Below, in pieces: positions 1-9,915 of a DNA stretch of 64,000 nucleotides (positions within the stretch are counted from its first letter, which is position 1; each line of letters starts with the position of its first letter). The notes under the pieces were generated by a model. The model did no database searches. It was not told the origin of the DNA and saw only the letters and a program-made list of their open reading frames with translations. A program made the position numbers and the translations under genes. The stretch is from Candidatus Binatia bacterium (lineage in GTDB: Bacteria > Desulfobacterota > Binatia > UBA9968 > CAXXLF01). The stretch covers positions 544,001-608,000 of the forward strand of contig CAXXLF010000001.1 of NCBI GenBank assembly GCA_963664015.2, written 5' to 3'.

Positions 1-57
1 GTCTGCCCATTGCTGCTACCCCTGCCAGCATGTGTTCTGGCGCCTTATCTTGGTTTT

Positions 58-629
58 CTATACCGCCCTTTTAACGACCCAAACTGCAATCGCCTTAGGG
101 ATCTTCGCTTTTTGCCCTTATGGCTTCTTTTCTATGAGACATTTTTTTTGCAATTGTGCAACTCTCGCCTTGGCATCGAAGATCCCCACCACTGATGGGT
201 CCGTCTTCTTAAGCCCTTCCCTGGACTGGGGAAACATTCCCTCCACCTTACCGGATGGGCTTTCAACCTCCAACCGATCATCGGCCGCCAGCAGGGCGAT
301 TCCTTCGCCGAAGACCGCTTTCCCGGCCTCATGTTGTCATCGTCCAGAGCGGGGAGATCCTCGTGAATCGGCGAATAGGCCGAAGCAGGATGGATCAACT
401 CAAGGGCAGAGTAATAGGGGAGCAGTGCCTTCCGTATGGCACCGAACAACGCCCCTACGACAAAGGCAAGAATGGGCTGAAACCTCTCGCCGGTGAAGAC
501 GCGAGCGTCCATTTTCTTGTGAAGTTTTTTCGGACAGCGCTAGGAAGTCTTGAGAGTGTGTTCCAGGGCCCGGTCTACGATCCGCCGGAATTGTTTAAAG
601 TAGAGTTGCAAGTATAGTTGGATTTTCAT
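58..629 (-). pseudogene. ispA: Decayed farnesyl-diphosphate synthase (polyprenyl synthetase)
   Basis: ATG at 629 reads MKIQLYLQ..., in-frame TAG at 540-542, then RFQPIL...ALELIH...HEDLPALDDDNMRPGK (degenerate first Asp-rich motif). A frameshift leads to VFGEGIALLAAD, then directly to a C-terminal-like segment with the middle missing. Canonical position after xseB. Confidence 0.8.
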
Positions 630-641
630 TGAGGAACTAGG

Positions 642-905
642 CTAGTCATCCTTCTCACGGTTTTCGTGCTCTTCCAGATCTTCCAGTGGGGAAAGTTTGA
701 GTTTACCTTCCTTGTCCTTGACCAGCAGTTCAACTTTCTTTTCAACCTCCCCGAGTTTCTGGTTGCAGATTTTTATCAAGCGGACCCCGCTTTCGAAGGC
801 TGCAAGGGAGTCCTCTAGGGAGAGCTCGCCGGACTCGAGTTTTTGGACCACTCCTTCGAGTTCTTCAATTGTCTCATCGAACTTCTTATCTACTCGTCGA
901 GCCAT
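642..905 (-). CDS. xseB: Exodeoxyribonuclease VII small subunit
   Basis: KFDETIEELEGVVQKLESGELSLEDSLAAFESG motif; near xseA. Confidence 0.95.
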   Translation of the reverse strand: MARRVDKKFDETIEELEGVVQKLESGELSLEDSLAAFESGVRLIKICNQKLGEVEKKVELLVKDKEGKLKLSPLEDLEEHENREKDD

Positions 906-983
906 GATCTATTCTTTTTATTGCTTAATAACCCGAATGTCTAGTGGAAAGGCCAAGCAGTCATTTGGCAATACAAACGGCAG

Positions 984-1856
984 CTACTCGGCGATCACCT
1001 CTTTTAGAAGCTCAAAGGGATCAACCCTGGCCTCGTTCAAACGCACTCCCCAGTGTAAATGAGGCCCCGTAACCCTACCGGTCATGCCCACTAGACCGAT
1101 GATCTTCCCTTTGCGTACTTCGGCACCTTCTCTCACACGGAACTCGGACAAATGAAAGTACATCGTATAAAGACCCCATCCGTGGTCCAGGACGATGCTC
1201 TTACCATTGAAATAAAACTCGTCCAGCAGGACCACTCTCCCATGATTGGCAGCAACGATTGGAGCACCCAGCGCGGCCCTGAGATCGACTCCGCTGTGGG
1301 GAGATCGAGGCGAGCCATTGATTACTCTACGGCGGCCGAAAGCCGATGTCTGCTCCCCCGGCACGGGAGCAACGAATGGCCCCTGCCACCAACGCCGGCC
1401 CGTCGAACGGGACCAAAGAGTTTTCATTCGCCCCTGTTCCAAGCGAATCCGCTTCAAGGTTGCTGCATCAAATTGATCAAATGCCTTGGAAACCGAGAGG
1501 CGTTCCGTTGGAAACTTTTTCTTCCTCACACGCAGGAAAACGGGGAGTTGCATTGGGCGCTGGCCGCTGGCAAGGATCATGACTTTCATGGATCCGGGCT
1601 TTTCATCGAGATCCACTCCCAGGAGGGCTTGGTAGTCACCCGAGGCGGTGGGAAAAAATGGGATGACAACCTTCTTGCGTATGGCCCGAACCCCTTCAAG
1701 TTTAGGACCCGAGACACGCACTGCAACAATTTCCCCTTGAAATGCCTCCAGCGATTCGGGCGAGATCTTGAGCGAAGAATCCGAGGCAATGATGCTCGTT
1801 GGCGCAAGGGCAAAGAAGAGTAAAGTCAAAGGCCCCAAATAGCCCAGGGTTTTCAT
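984..1856 (-). CDS. M23 family metallopeptidase, secreted
   Basis: Signal peptide; HSGVD, YFHLS and TGPHLHW motifs. Confidence 0.9.
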   Translation of the reverse strand: MKTLGYLGPLTLLFFALAPTSIIASDSSLKISPESLEAFQGEIVAVRVSGPKLEGVRAIRKKVVIPFFPTASGDYQALLGVDLDEKPGSMKVMILASGQRPMQLPVFLRVRKKKFPTERLSVSKAFDQFDAATLKRIRLEQGRMKTLWSRSTGRRWWQGPFVAPVPGEQTSAFGRRRVINGSPRSPHSGVDLRAALGAPIVAANHGRVVLLDEFYFNGKSIVLDHGWGLYTMYFHLSEFRVREGAEVRKGKIIGLVGMTGRVTGPHLHWGVRLNEARVDPFELLKEVIAE

Positions 1857-3076
1857 TCGCTCTTTTCAACTTTGCACAAGGCCTGTCCCTGCGCAAAGTT
1901 GACCTGGATGAGATCGCCGCTTCTCAAGACTTGGCTATCCTTGACGATTAACCCCTGGGGCATCTTGTATGTGATGCTATAACCGCGCTCCAGGACCGCA
2001 AGAGGACTCAAACTCCCCAAGCGTGCGGCAACCGGCGCCAATCGATCTCTAAATCGCTCCAAGGAATGCTGGAAACGGCGCACCACACTCAACGAAAGCT
2101 CATCCAAACGCATTTGATTGTCTCTGAGGCGCCGCGTCGGATCCACCAGCCGGCGCTTTAAATGCTCCCACCTCTCTCTCCGCAAGGCTACCCCACCCTG
2201 GATACCGCGTAACAAACGCGCCTCGACACCGGAGATATCATCTTCAAGTTCTTGTCGCCGCGGGACGACCATCTGGGCCGCTGCTGTTGGGGTTGGAGCC
2301 CGATGGTCAGCAACAAAATCGGCGATGGTGTAGTCCACTTCATGGCCTACGGCAGAAATGACGGGAACCGATGCCTCGAAGATGGCACGTGCTACGGGCT
2401 CCTCGTTAAAAGCCCACAGGTCTTCAAGGGATCCCCCTCCTCGCCCCACAATCAGCGCGTCCACCGTTCCCGACTCACAGATTTCCCGGATTCCATTAGC
2501 AATCTCGCGGGCCGCCCCCTCTCCCTGAACTTTGACGGGACGTACGACTACCCGACGGTCGGAAAATCGATCGCCCAGGATACGCAGCATATCCCGAAGG
2601 GCGGCGCCTCTGAGTGAGGTTACGATGCCGATGGATTGGGGTAAGAACGGCAAGGGTCTCTTCCTATCCTCGTTAAAGAGCCCCTCCTCCAATAATCGTT
2701 TCTTTAACTGCTCAAAGGCGAGATAAAGGGCCCCCTGGCCCCTGGGCTCGATGGCCTCCACATAGAGCTGAAGATCCCCACGGACCGGATAAAGGCTCAC
2801 ACGCCCATAACAGAGCACTTCCATGCCGTTCTCAGGCAGAAAGCTCAAACCATGAACATTACTCCGAAAGGCAACTGCAGCTAGCTGGCTTTTGTCGTCC
2901 TTTAACGTGAAATAGAAATGACCGGAGGGGGGCACACGAAAGTTAGAGATTTCACCAAGCACCCAAAAGGGTTCAAGCTCCCTTTCCAGGGTCCCCTTAA
3001 CGACCTGGTTAACTTCACTGACGGTCAATATGGACTGGGATCCACCCGTGAGCGACAGCTCTCGTTCCCTGGTCAC
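1853..3076 (-). CDS. xseA: Exodeoxyribonuclease VII large subunit
   Basis: GEISNF..SGHFYFTLKD, RGGGSLEDLWAFNEE, AVGHEVD, APTPTAAA. Confidence 0.97.
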   Translation of the reverse strand: MTRERELSLTGGSQSILTVSEVNQVVKGTLERELEPFWVLGEISNFRVPPSGHFYFTLKDDKSQLAAVAFRSNVHGLSFLPENGMEVLCYGRVSLYPVRGDLQLYVEAIEPRGQGALYLAFEQLKKRLLEEGLFNEDRKRPLPFLPQSIGIVTSLRGAALRDMLRILGDRFSDRRVVVRPVKVQGEGAAREIANGIREICESGTVDALIVGRGGGSLEDLWAFNEEPVARAIFEASVPVISAVGHEVDYTIADFVADHRAPTPTAAAQMVVPRRQELEDDISGVEARLLRGIQGGVALRRERWEHLKRRLVDPTRRLRDNQMRLDELSLSVVRRFQHSLERFRDRLAPVAARLGSLSPLAVLERGYSITYKMPQGLIVKDSQVLRSGDLIQVNFAQGQALCKVEKSE

Positions 3077-3316
3077 GGTTCCTCCTGAAACACTGAGATT
3101 TCTCTATCAGCATGGACGGCGATGGGAATTTGAATGGTCTGGATGGGCATTCACTGCGCAGAACAGAATAGATACGAGCGCCAATTCTCCCGCACATGAA
3201 TGAATCACACTAGCGATGGGCATCCCCTGGCACTGGAATTCTCCATTGTACCCATGGATAGGGAACCGAGCCACCGGGCGTCATCGAACAGTTTGATCTA
3301 TCAGGTCGACTTGCGA

Positions 3317-4675
3317 TCAGGCGGCCTTTTTCTTTTCCGGGACCAATTGTTTGAAAACCTCCCACCCCTTCAATAGCTCCAAGGCCCGCTTCAATTGAAC
3401 ATCGTTCTCGATACTGCGCTCCGAACTCAACGGGGGCACCTTTTGCTCCTTATCTTTCTCATCGTCCTGTTCCAGATGACCAGGGAGATTTTCCTCTCTC
3501 ACGGTTGGTCTCGGGGCTTTGGACCGCGCTTCTTTCTGCGGAAGGTTTTCTTGCACAATATCGGGTTCGATCCCCGTGGCCTGTATCGAACGACCATTCG
3601 GAGTGAAATATCTGGCGGTGGTAAGACGCAAAGCCGATCGATCATCCAGTGGGAGGATGGTCTGTACGGACCCTTTGCCAAAGGTCTTGGTACCAAGGAC
3701 AATAGCCCGCTTGTGGTCCTGCATGGCCCCCGCTACGATTTCCGAGGCGCTGGCACTCCCACCGTTAACCAAGATGACCATGGGGAACTCGGTCAAGGTT
3801 TTATTCTTGTGCGCATGAAATTTTTGTTTCTGGTTCGCCATCCGTCCTTCCGTATAAACGATGAGTCCCGATTCGAGAAACAAATCGGAGACCTGAACGG
3901 CCTGGGTTAGAAGGCCACCAGGGTTATTGCGCAGATCCAGCACCAGACCTTTGAGCTCGCCCCCTTCTTTACGCAGCTTTTCTATTGCATCCGATACATC
4001 CCGGTCAGTGCGTTGCTGGAACTGAGCGATCCGCACGTACCCATAGTCTTTTTCCAGCATGCGGGAACGCACGCTACGGATTCGGATTGTATCGCGAATG
4101 ATCGTAAGATCCAGCAGTTCGGGTGTCCCCTCTCTCTTCACTGAGATCGTGATTTTAGTACCCTGGACGCCACGCATCTTCTTGACGGCCCGCATCAGGG
4201 TCATGTCCTTGGTGTACTCACTCTCAATCTTGATGATCTGATCGCCGGCCTTGATCCCGACTTTGAAGGCAGGGGTATCCTCAATGGGAGACACCACGGT
4301 CAAGACCCCGTCTCTGACGGTGATCTCAATCCCCAGGCCTCCGAACTTGCCCTGAGTATCCATCTGAAGCTCTTTATAGAGATCTGGCGTCAGGTAGGTG
4401 CTGTGCGGGTCCAGCGAATCAAGCATACCGTCGATCGCCCCAAGGAGTAGGTCCTTGGTCTCGACATCGTCAACGTAGTTCTTCCTGACAATGGCCAGGA
4501 TATTAGTGAAGATTTCTAAAGTCTCATACTCGCTACGGGCAATCGCCAGAACGTTGGACACCGCCCGACCACTGAGCGAGAATCCGACCCCCATGGAGAC
4601 CAGTACCAGCAGGACCAAGGAAGCGTATTTCTTTAGAAACTGCATTGCGATTCCCTTCAAGTAATGTCGCTCCAT
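3317..4675 (-). CDS. ctpA: Carboxy-terminal processing protease, S41 family
   Basis: LDPHS, PDZ GGLGIEI, DLRNNPGG, SASASEIVAGA, GKGSVQ. Confidence 0.95.
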   Translation of the reverse strand: MERHYLKGIAMQFLKKYASLVLLVLVSMGVGFSLSGRAVSNVLAIARSEYETLEIFTNILAIVRKNYVDDVETKDLLLGAIDGMLDSLDPHSTYLTPDLYKELQMDTQGKFGGLGIEITVRDGVLTVVSPIEDTPAFKVGIKAGDQIIKIESEYTKDMTLMRAVKKMRGVQGTKITISVKREGTPELLDLTIIRDTIRIRSVRSRMLEKDYGYVRIAQFQQRTDRDVSDAIEKLRKEGGELKGLVLDLRNNPGGLLTQAVQVSDLFLESGLIVYTEGRMANQKQKFHAHKNKTLTEFPMVILVNGGSASASEIVAGAMQDHKRAIVLGTKTFGKGSVQTILPLDDRSALRLTTARYFTPNGRSIQATGIEPDIVQENLPQKEARSKAPRPTVREENLPGHLEQDDEKDKEQKVPPLSSERSIENDVQLKRALELLKGWEVFKQLVPEKKKAA

Positions 4676-4699
4676 CTTATCCTAAATGAATTCAAATAT

Positions 4700-5860
4700 C
4701 TAACGCTTTCTGAACCAGGGGAGGGGGTCCAGGGGCTTACCATCCTTTCGGATTTCAAAGTAAAGTCGGGCCCCCTTGAGCGAGCCGCTGTCCCCCACCA
4801 GAGCGATGGGTTCACCCTTCGCGACTGAATTTCCCGTCTGCTTGAGTAGCTCCAAGAGATGGGCGTATACTGTATAGTATCGTTTCCCATGGTCGACAAT
4901 CATCATCTTCCCGTATCCCGAAAAGCGGTTCGCAAAGATGACCTTTCCGCGTTCTACGGTTTTAATCTCCTCCCCCAATGGGGCCTCGATATCGATGCCT
5001 TTACGGAACAGATTGGCCGAGAATTCAGGGTGCTTAGTGATTCCGAAGGCGCCCACAACCTTGCCCCTAATGGGATAGTCAAGCTTTCCCTTGAGGGCTC
5101 CAAATCCTTCCCAGGGAAACGATTGTGCGGACTTCTCAGTCATCTGGCGGCCTATATGATCCATCATATTCTGCAGCCTCCCGGCTGCTTGTTCCAACTC
5201 CTTCAGGGCCCGGATACGCACCTTCCGTTCCCCCCGAAGCTTGTTCAGAATGACCCTTTTCTTGTCCTTTTCCTTGCGAATGGCCGCTTTGGCGCGGACC
5301 AAGGTCATACGCTCCCTATCCAGGCTTTTCCGGCTTTTTGCCAGTTTGTCTTTGAGTCCTTTTTCCCGATCCAAATCCGATAGCAGCTCCCCCAGCAGGG
5401 CCTGATCCTTGGCCAGCATTAATTCCAGGTAATGTTTCCTGCGCATGAGGTCGCCGATGGTCAATCCCCCGTTGAGCAGGATAAACGGGCTCCCACCCCT
5501 TTGCCATTTATAGAGTGCCTCGGCCCTTTTCTTGAGCAGTTTTCTGCGTTCCTGAAGTGAATAGGATACCCGAAGAAGTGACTTTTCTGTTTCCTGCAGA
5601 TCACCAATGATACTGGTCTCTCTCAAGCTGATGTTTTTTAACCGTCTATTTCTACGGTCGAGCTCGGTGTCAATTTTTTCCAATGCTCCAAGGACCGATT
5701 TTTCCTTCCGCTGAACCTTCGAGATCCCTGCCTTTTCCTGTGTAATCCGCTTCTTGACCCCCTCAAGTCGCCCCTTAACATCAGCCCCATAAGCGACTGG
5801 ATTTATGGCATAAAGTAGGCCTACAAAAAGCGCTGCAGCTTGCCGGACCCCGATCTTCAT
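4700..5860 (-). CDS. envC: Murein hydrolase activator EnvC (coiled coil plus M23-like domain)
   Basis: Start at MKIGVRQ overlaps the ftsX stop; signal peptide, long coiled coil, M23-like C-terminus (KGIDI, LYFEIR); follows ftsEX. Confidence 0.88.
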   Translation of the reverse strand: MKIGVRQAAALFVGLLYAINPVAYGADVKGRLEGVKKRITQEKAGISKVQRKEKSVLGALEKIDTELDRRNRRLKNISLRETSIIGDLQETEKSLLRVSYSLQERRKLLKKRAEALYKWQRGGSPFILLNGGLTIGDLMRRKHYLELMLAKDQALLGELLSDLDREKGLKDKLAKSRKSLDRERMTLVRAKAAIRKEKDKKRVILNKLRGERKVRIRALKELEQAAGRLQNMMDHIGRQMTEKSAQSFPWEGFGALKGKLDYPIRGKVVGAFGITKHPEFSANLFRKGIDIEAPLGEEIKTVERGKVIFANRFSGYGKMMIVDHGKRYYTVYAHLLELLKQTGNSVAKGEPIALVGDSGSLKGARLYFEIRKDGKPLDPLPWFRKR

Positions 5861-6756
5861 ACGGTAAGAAACTTTCTCAGCGAGAATAGGGTCCCCAGGG
5901 CGCCCAGGCTCCACCCGAGAAGGAGCAGGGACAGAATTTGCCATGGGTCGAGATAGTACAATTGCCCCTGGGGCATCAGGATCCCAAGGGAGGAAGGCAA
6001 CCGAGCGCCCAGAAAGATCAACAGAAACCAAAGCAAAAGCAACGCAAGGGAAGCACCCGACAAGCCCTGAATCATCCCTTCAATGACAAACGGTGCTTTG
6101 ATCATCCCGTTGGAAGCTCCCACCAACTGCATAATTTCAATTTCATCCTTGCGGGAGATGATCGCTAGCTTCACCGTACTCCCCACAATCAGCAGCGAAG
6201 CTACAAAGAGAAACCCTCCAAAGATCCACTTGGCCCATTGCACCGCGATCAGAAGCAGACTCAACTTCTCGATCCATTCCTGTGGGTACTCGACGACACC
6301 GATTCCCTTGATGCCTTTTAGGCGGCTGGCCAATTCCTCGACCTTGGTCCGCTGGCGATACTCCTTCTTGAGTGAAATCTCCAGTGATGAAGGCAGCAGG
6401 TTTTTTTCCAGACCCTCGAGCACTCCCGACTGGGCACCCAAATCCCTTCTAAAACTCTCCAAGGCCTCCTTTTTCGATACAAACCGGATCCCTTCCACCT
6501 CGGGGTAGGCTTGCACGGTCTTTTGCAAAGTGGCCAAATCGGACGGCTTGAGACCTTCCTCCAGGTAGACAAAGATCTGGAGCTGCTGCCCCCATCCATG
6601 AAAGAGCCGATGAAGATTTTCCTGTAGCAGGAGAAACCCGCCAAAGACGAACAGGGTCATGGCCATCGTTCCGCAGGTCAGGACATGGGTCCAAAGGAGA
6701 TCCCTCAGGCTCAACAGGACCCGACGAAGTACAAAGGGGACATAGGTCAAGCTCAC
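5857..6756 (-). CDS. ftsX: Cell division permease FtsX
   Basis: Four-TM topology; EIEIMQLVGAS..IKAPFVIEG. Confidence 0.93.
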   Translation of the reverse strand: MSLTYVPFVLRRVLLSLRDLLWTHVLTCGTMAMTLFVFGGFLLLQENLHRLFHGWGQQLQIFVYLEEGLKPSDLATLQKTVQAYPEVEGIRFVSKKEALESFRRDLGAQSGVLEGLEKNLLPSSLEISLKKEYRQRTKVEELASRLKGIKGIGVVEYPQEWIEKLSLLLIAVQWAKWIFGGFLFVASLLIVGSTVKLAIISRKDEIEIMQLVGASNGMIKAPFVIEGMIQGLSGASLALLLLWFLLIFLGARLPSSLGILMPQGQLYYLDPWQILSLLLLGWSLGALGTLFSLRKFLTV

Positions 6757-7442
6757 TCCTCCCCTCCCCCCTCAGGGAACTTGGAGTCACCCACGATACA
6801 TCCCCGCTGCAGCGAGACCACCCTCAGGTTAAACTGCTGGAGCAGCCGCGTATCATGTGTGGCAATAACGATCGTTGTCTGCTGTTGGTGTATTCTGAGA
6901 AAGAGACGCATAATCTCATCGGCCATTTCTGGATCCAGATTGCCCGTGGGCTCGTCGGCCAGGACCAAGGCCGGCTGATTGACCAGTGCCCGGGCAATCG
7001 CCACCCTTTGCTGCTCCCCCCCGGAAAGCACCGGAGGCAAAGCGTCGTATCTATCTTTGAGCCCCAGTTCACGTAAAAGGTTAAAGGCCTTGCGGTTACT
7101 CTCCCTTCTCGATGTCCCAACGACCTCTGCAGCTAGGGCAACGTTTTCTAGAACTGTCATGTACGGGATAAGCTTGAAGTCTTGAAAGACCAATCCGATT
7201 TCTCGTCTGAACTTAGACAGGCCGGCACCGTGCAACCGGGTGATGTTTCGACCACTGACAATGATCTGCCCTTCCACGGCCTCTTCCGCCCGGAAGAGCA
7301 GCTTCAACAGCGTGGTCTTACCGGCCCCACTGGGACCGTTTAGAAAGACAAATTCGCCTTTGTCGATTTGCAGACGAATGTCGGTAAGCGCCGGATAATT
7401 GGGAGGATAAACTTTGGAGACACGATAGAGTTGAATCATCAA
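6753..7442 (-). CDS. ftsE: Cell division ATP-binding protein FtsE
   Basis: GPSGAGKTT, VFQDFKL, LSGGEQQRVAIARA, ADEPTGNLD; adjacent to ftsX. Confidence 0.95.
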   Translation of the reverse strand: MMIQLYRVSKVYPPNYPALTDIRLQIDKGEFVFLNGPSGAGKTTLLKLLFRAEEAVEGQIIVSGRNITRLHGAGLSKFRREIGLVFQDFKLIPYMTVLENVALAAEVVGTSRRESNRKAFNLLRELGLKDRYDALPPVLSGGEQQRVAIARALVNQPALVLADEPTGNLDPEMADEIMRLFLRIHQQQTTIVIATHDTRLLQQFNLRVVSLQRGCIVGDSKFPEGGGEE

Positions 7443-7482
7443 AAAGTGTGGCCAGGCAAGGGAAATTCCCGGGAGAATAGGC

Positions 7483-7535
7483 TTGACACCTTTCTAGGGA
7501 ATTGGTAGCGTCAAAAGATAATTATAATTATAGAT
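7483..7535 (+). promoter_or_regulatory. Sigma70 promoter of the radical SAM gene with a palindromic operator-like site
   Basis: TTGACA (7483), 17 nt spacer, TG-n-TAGCGT (7506); palindrome ATAATTATAATTAT at 7518-7531. Confidence 0.6.
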
Positions 7536-7617
7536 ACTCATACCATAAATCACATTTAGAATGTTACGGAAACTTACAGGGGCTTCCGGTTAACAGCAAA
7601 AGGCGCTAATCAACCTA

Positions 7618-9843
7618 ATGGGACAAAAAGTTATTAAAAAACTTAAGGTTATTCTCATTAAGCCATCCAAGTACGACGACAGCGGTTACATCATCCGATT
7701 CTGGAAGGGTGTCCTTCCGAGTAACACGTTGAACGTACTCAACGGTCTCACCGAAGACGTCAAGAGACGCAAGGCCTTTGGCGATCTCAAAATCGAAATC
7801 GAAACCTATGACGAGACCTCCCAAAAGGTCCCGATAAAAAAGATCATTCGCTGGAGCCGACAATCGTCGGTCAAGCTCGTGGTTGGATTGGTGGGGGTAC
7901 AGACCAACCAGTTTCCCAGGGCATTCGACATGGGAAAACAGTTCCGGGCGGCTGGGATCGATGTCATCATGGGCGGTTTCCACACCAGCGGTACCCTGAA
8001 CATGCTCGGAGAACAAGAGCCCGAAATTCAAGAACTGCGCAACGCGGGTATTTGCATTGTGGCTGGTGAAGTAGAGGGCAAATGGGAGGGAATCCTTGCG
8101 GACGCCCTACATGGGGAACTCAAGCCCGTTTATTCCTTTTCCCAAGACCTTCTCAACTTAGTGGATATAAGTGACGCCCCGGCCCCTATGATGAACACCC
8201 AAACCATGAGCCATTTTGCCTACCCGGCTTTTGGAACCATGGATACCTCCCGCGGCTGTCCCTTTGCGTGTAGCTTCTGCACAATCATCAACGTGCAGGG
8301 GCGTAAGATGCGCGAGCGAAGCCCTGAAAGCGTCGCCGAGATAATGCGCACGAACTATCGTGAACACGGTGTCCATTTCTATTTCTTTACCGACGATAAC
8401 TTCGCTCGTAAAAAACTCTGGCGCCAGACATTTGAGGCCATGATTGCCCTTCGTGAGGAAGGCACGGACATCCACTTTATGATGCAAGTGGATCTGGCCC
8501 GTAAACCGAAGGGGTTCGTAGAGCTGGCTGCCAAAGCCGGATGCACCCATGTTTTTATAGGCATGGAAAGCGTCAATCCGGAAAATCTCAAAGCCGAGGG
8601 GAAAGCTCAAAATGACGTCGACGATTATCCCGGCATCGTCCAAGAATGGCATGACGTGGAGATAACCGTTCATACAGGGTACATCATCGGCCTTCCCTTT
8701 GACACCAAGGAACAAACGGCCCGAGATGTTGATTACCTCAAGGATGTGCTGCAGCCGGACATGGCCTCTTTCTTCATGCTCACTCCCTTGCCCGGATCTC
8801 ATGACCACCGGGAGATGAAAAAGGCTGGCGAATGGATGGATCCTGACTTCAACAAGAGGGACTCCTTCCATGCAACGATACGACATTCCAACATGACAAC
8901 CGATGAATGGACCGACGCGTACAATAATGCCTGGAGCCAATTCTACGGCAAGGAGAACCTGATTCGTATCATGTCGCGCTGGAGCAACAACCCCCGTATG
9001 TACTGGGCCATGATGTCAAACCTAATCTGGTACAAGAACGCTGCCCTGATTGAGATGCAGCACCCCATGGTCGCAGGCTTTTTCCGCCTCAAGGATCGAC
9101 GGCAACGTCAGCCTGGATATGCTGTCGAGTCGATCCCCGTTCATCTGTGGAAGCGAAGCAAAGATGTTTTCAACCTCTTCGTTTCCTGGGCCAAGCTGCT
9201 CAAAGAAATGGAAGACGTCTGGCTTCAAACACGAAAGAAGAGCGAGCGTGAGGAAAGATGGTTGGAGGAAATCCAGAAGATCCAAGGGGAGGTCTGGCAG
9301 ACCCTTCGCATCGCCGAATGGCGCAAAATCTATAACAACGCCAAAGAGAGCCTCCCGGCAAAAGCCAAGGCCCTGTTGGATCCCTTCGAAGAGCTTTCTT
9401 CCAAGATCCTTTTTTCCCGAAAAGACCTAAACCGATTCCTCAAGCAATGGGAAGGCCTGCAGGGACGCCTCCAAGAGCTACGCCGTAGCCTCGCGGTGGA
9501 GGGAGAGGCCGTCGGGAAGTGGCTGGACGAACTGAGCAAGCAACAGGAGAGTATTCGAGTGGGAAGCAGAATCAGAGAATGGCAGGAACATTACACCCGT
9601 CTGAGGCGCAGCTTGCCATCAAAATTACAGCTTTACCATGTCCGGTTTGACGCCTTCAGCAACCGTGCTGTTTATTCACGCCAGGACCTGCAGAGGTTCT
9701 GGTGCAGCACCGTGCATAACCTTCGTAAACTGAAACTCTGGCATATCCGCCCGGTTGCCCTGATCACCGCAATCTATAAAGACTTCGTGCTCACAACTTC
9801 TTTCGCCCTCCACTTCAGCAGGGACCCGAACCGCTTGCATTAG
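7618..9843 (+). CDS. Cobalamin-binding-type radical SAM protein with extended helical C-terminus
   Basis: N-terminal B12-binding-like domain (VIMGGFH, GEVEG); SRGCPFACSFC CxxxCxxC; FFTDDNF; FIGMES; LTPLPGS. Confidence 0.88.
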   Translation: MGQKVIKKLKVILIKPSKYDDSGYIIRFWKGVLPSNTLNVLNGLTEDVKRRKAFGDLKIEIETYDETSQKVPIKKIIRWSRQSSVKLVVGLVGVQTNQFPRAFDMGKQFRAAGIDVIMGGFHTSGTLNMLGEQEPEIQELRNAGICIVAGEVEGKWEGILADALHGELKPVYSFSQDLLNLVDISDAPAPMMNTQTMSHFAYPAFGTMDTSRGCPFACSFCTIINVQGRKMRERSPESVAEIMRTNYREHGVHFYFFTDDNFARKKLWRQTFEAMIALREEGTDIHFMMQVDLARKPKGFVELAAKAGCTHVFIGMESVNPENLKAEGKAQNDVDDYPGIVQEWHDVEITVHTGYIIGLPFDTKEQTARDVDYLKDVLQPDMASFFMLTPLPGSHDHREMKKAGEWMDPDFNKRDSFHATIRHSNMTTDEWTDAYNNAWSQFYGKENLIRIMSRWSNNPRMYWAMMSNLIWYKNAALIEMQHPMVAGFFRLKDRRQRQPGYAVESIPVHLWKRSKDVFNLFVSWAKLLKEMEDVWLQTRKKSEREERWLEEIQKIQGEVWQTLRIAEWRKIYNNAKESLPAKAKALLDPFEELSSKILFSRKDLNRFLKQWEGLQGRLQELRRSLAVEGEAVGKWLDELSKQQESIRVGSRIREWQEHYTRLRRSLPSKLQLYHVRFDAFSNRAVYSRQDLQRFWCSTVHNLRKLKLWHIRPVALITAIYKDFVLTTSFALHFSRDPNRLH

Positions 9844-9915
9844 CGCTCCTAAGCATCGGTGTCCTTCAACGAGGATTCACACCGGCTATCGCTGAGGAGA
9901 AGTTCCCGGAGCCTG

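Noticed and set aside
1-10. Possible start of dxs (ATG GGC AGA) on the minus strand
   Set aside because: Expected from synteny after ispA, but only three codons are visible
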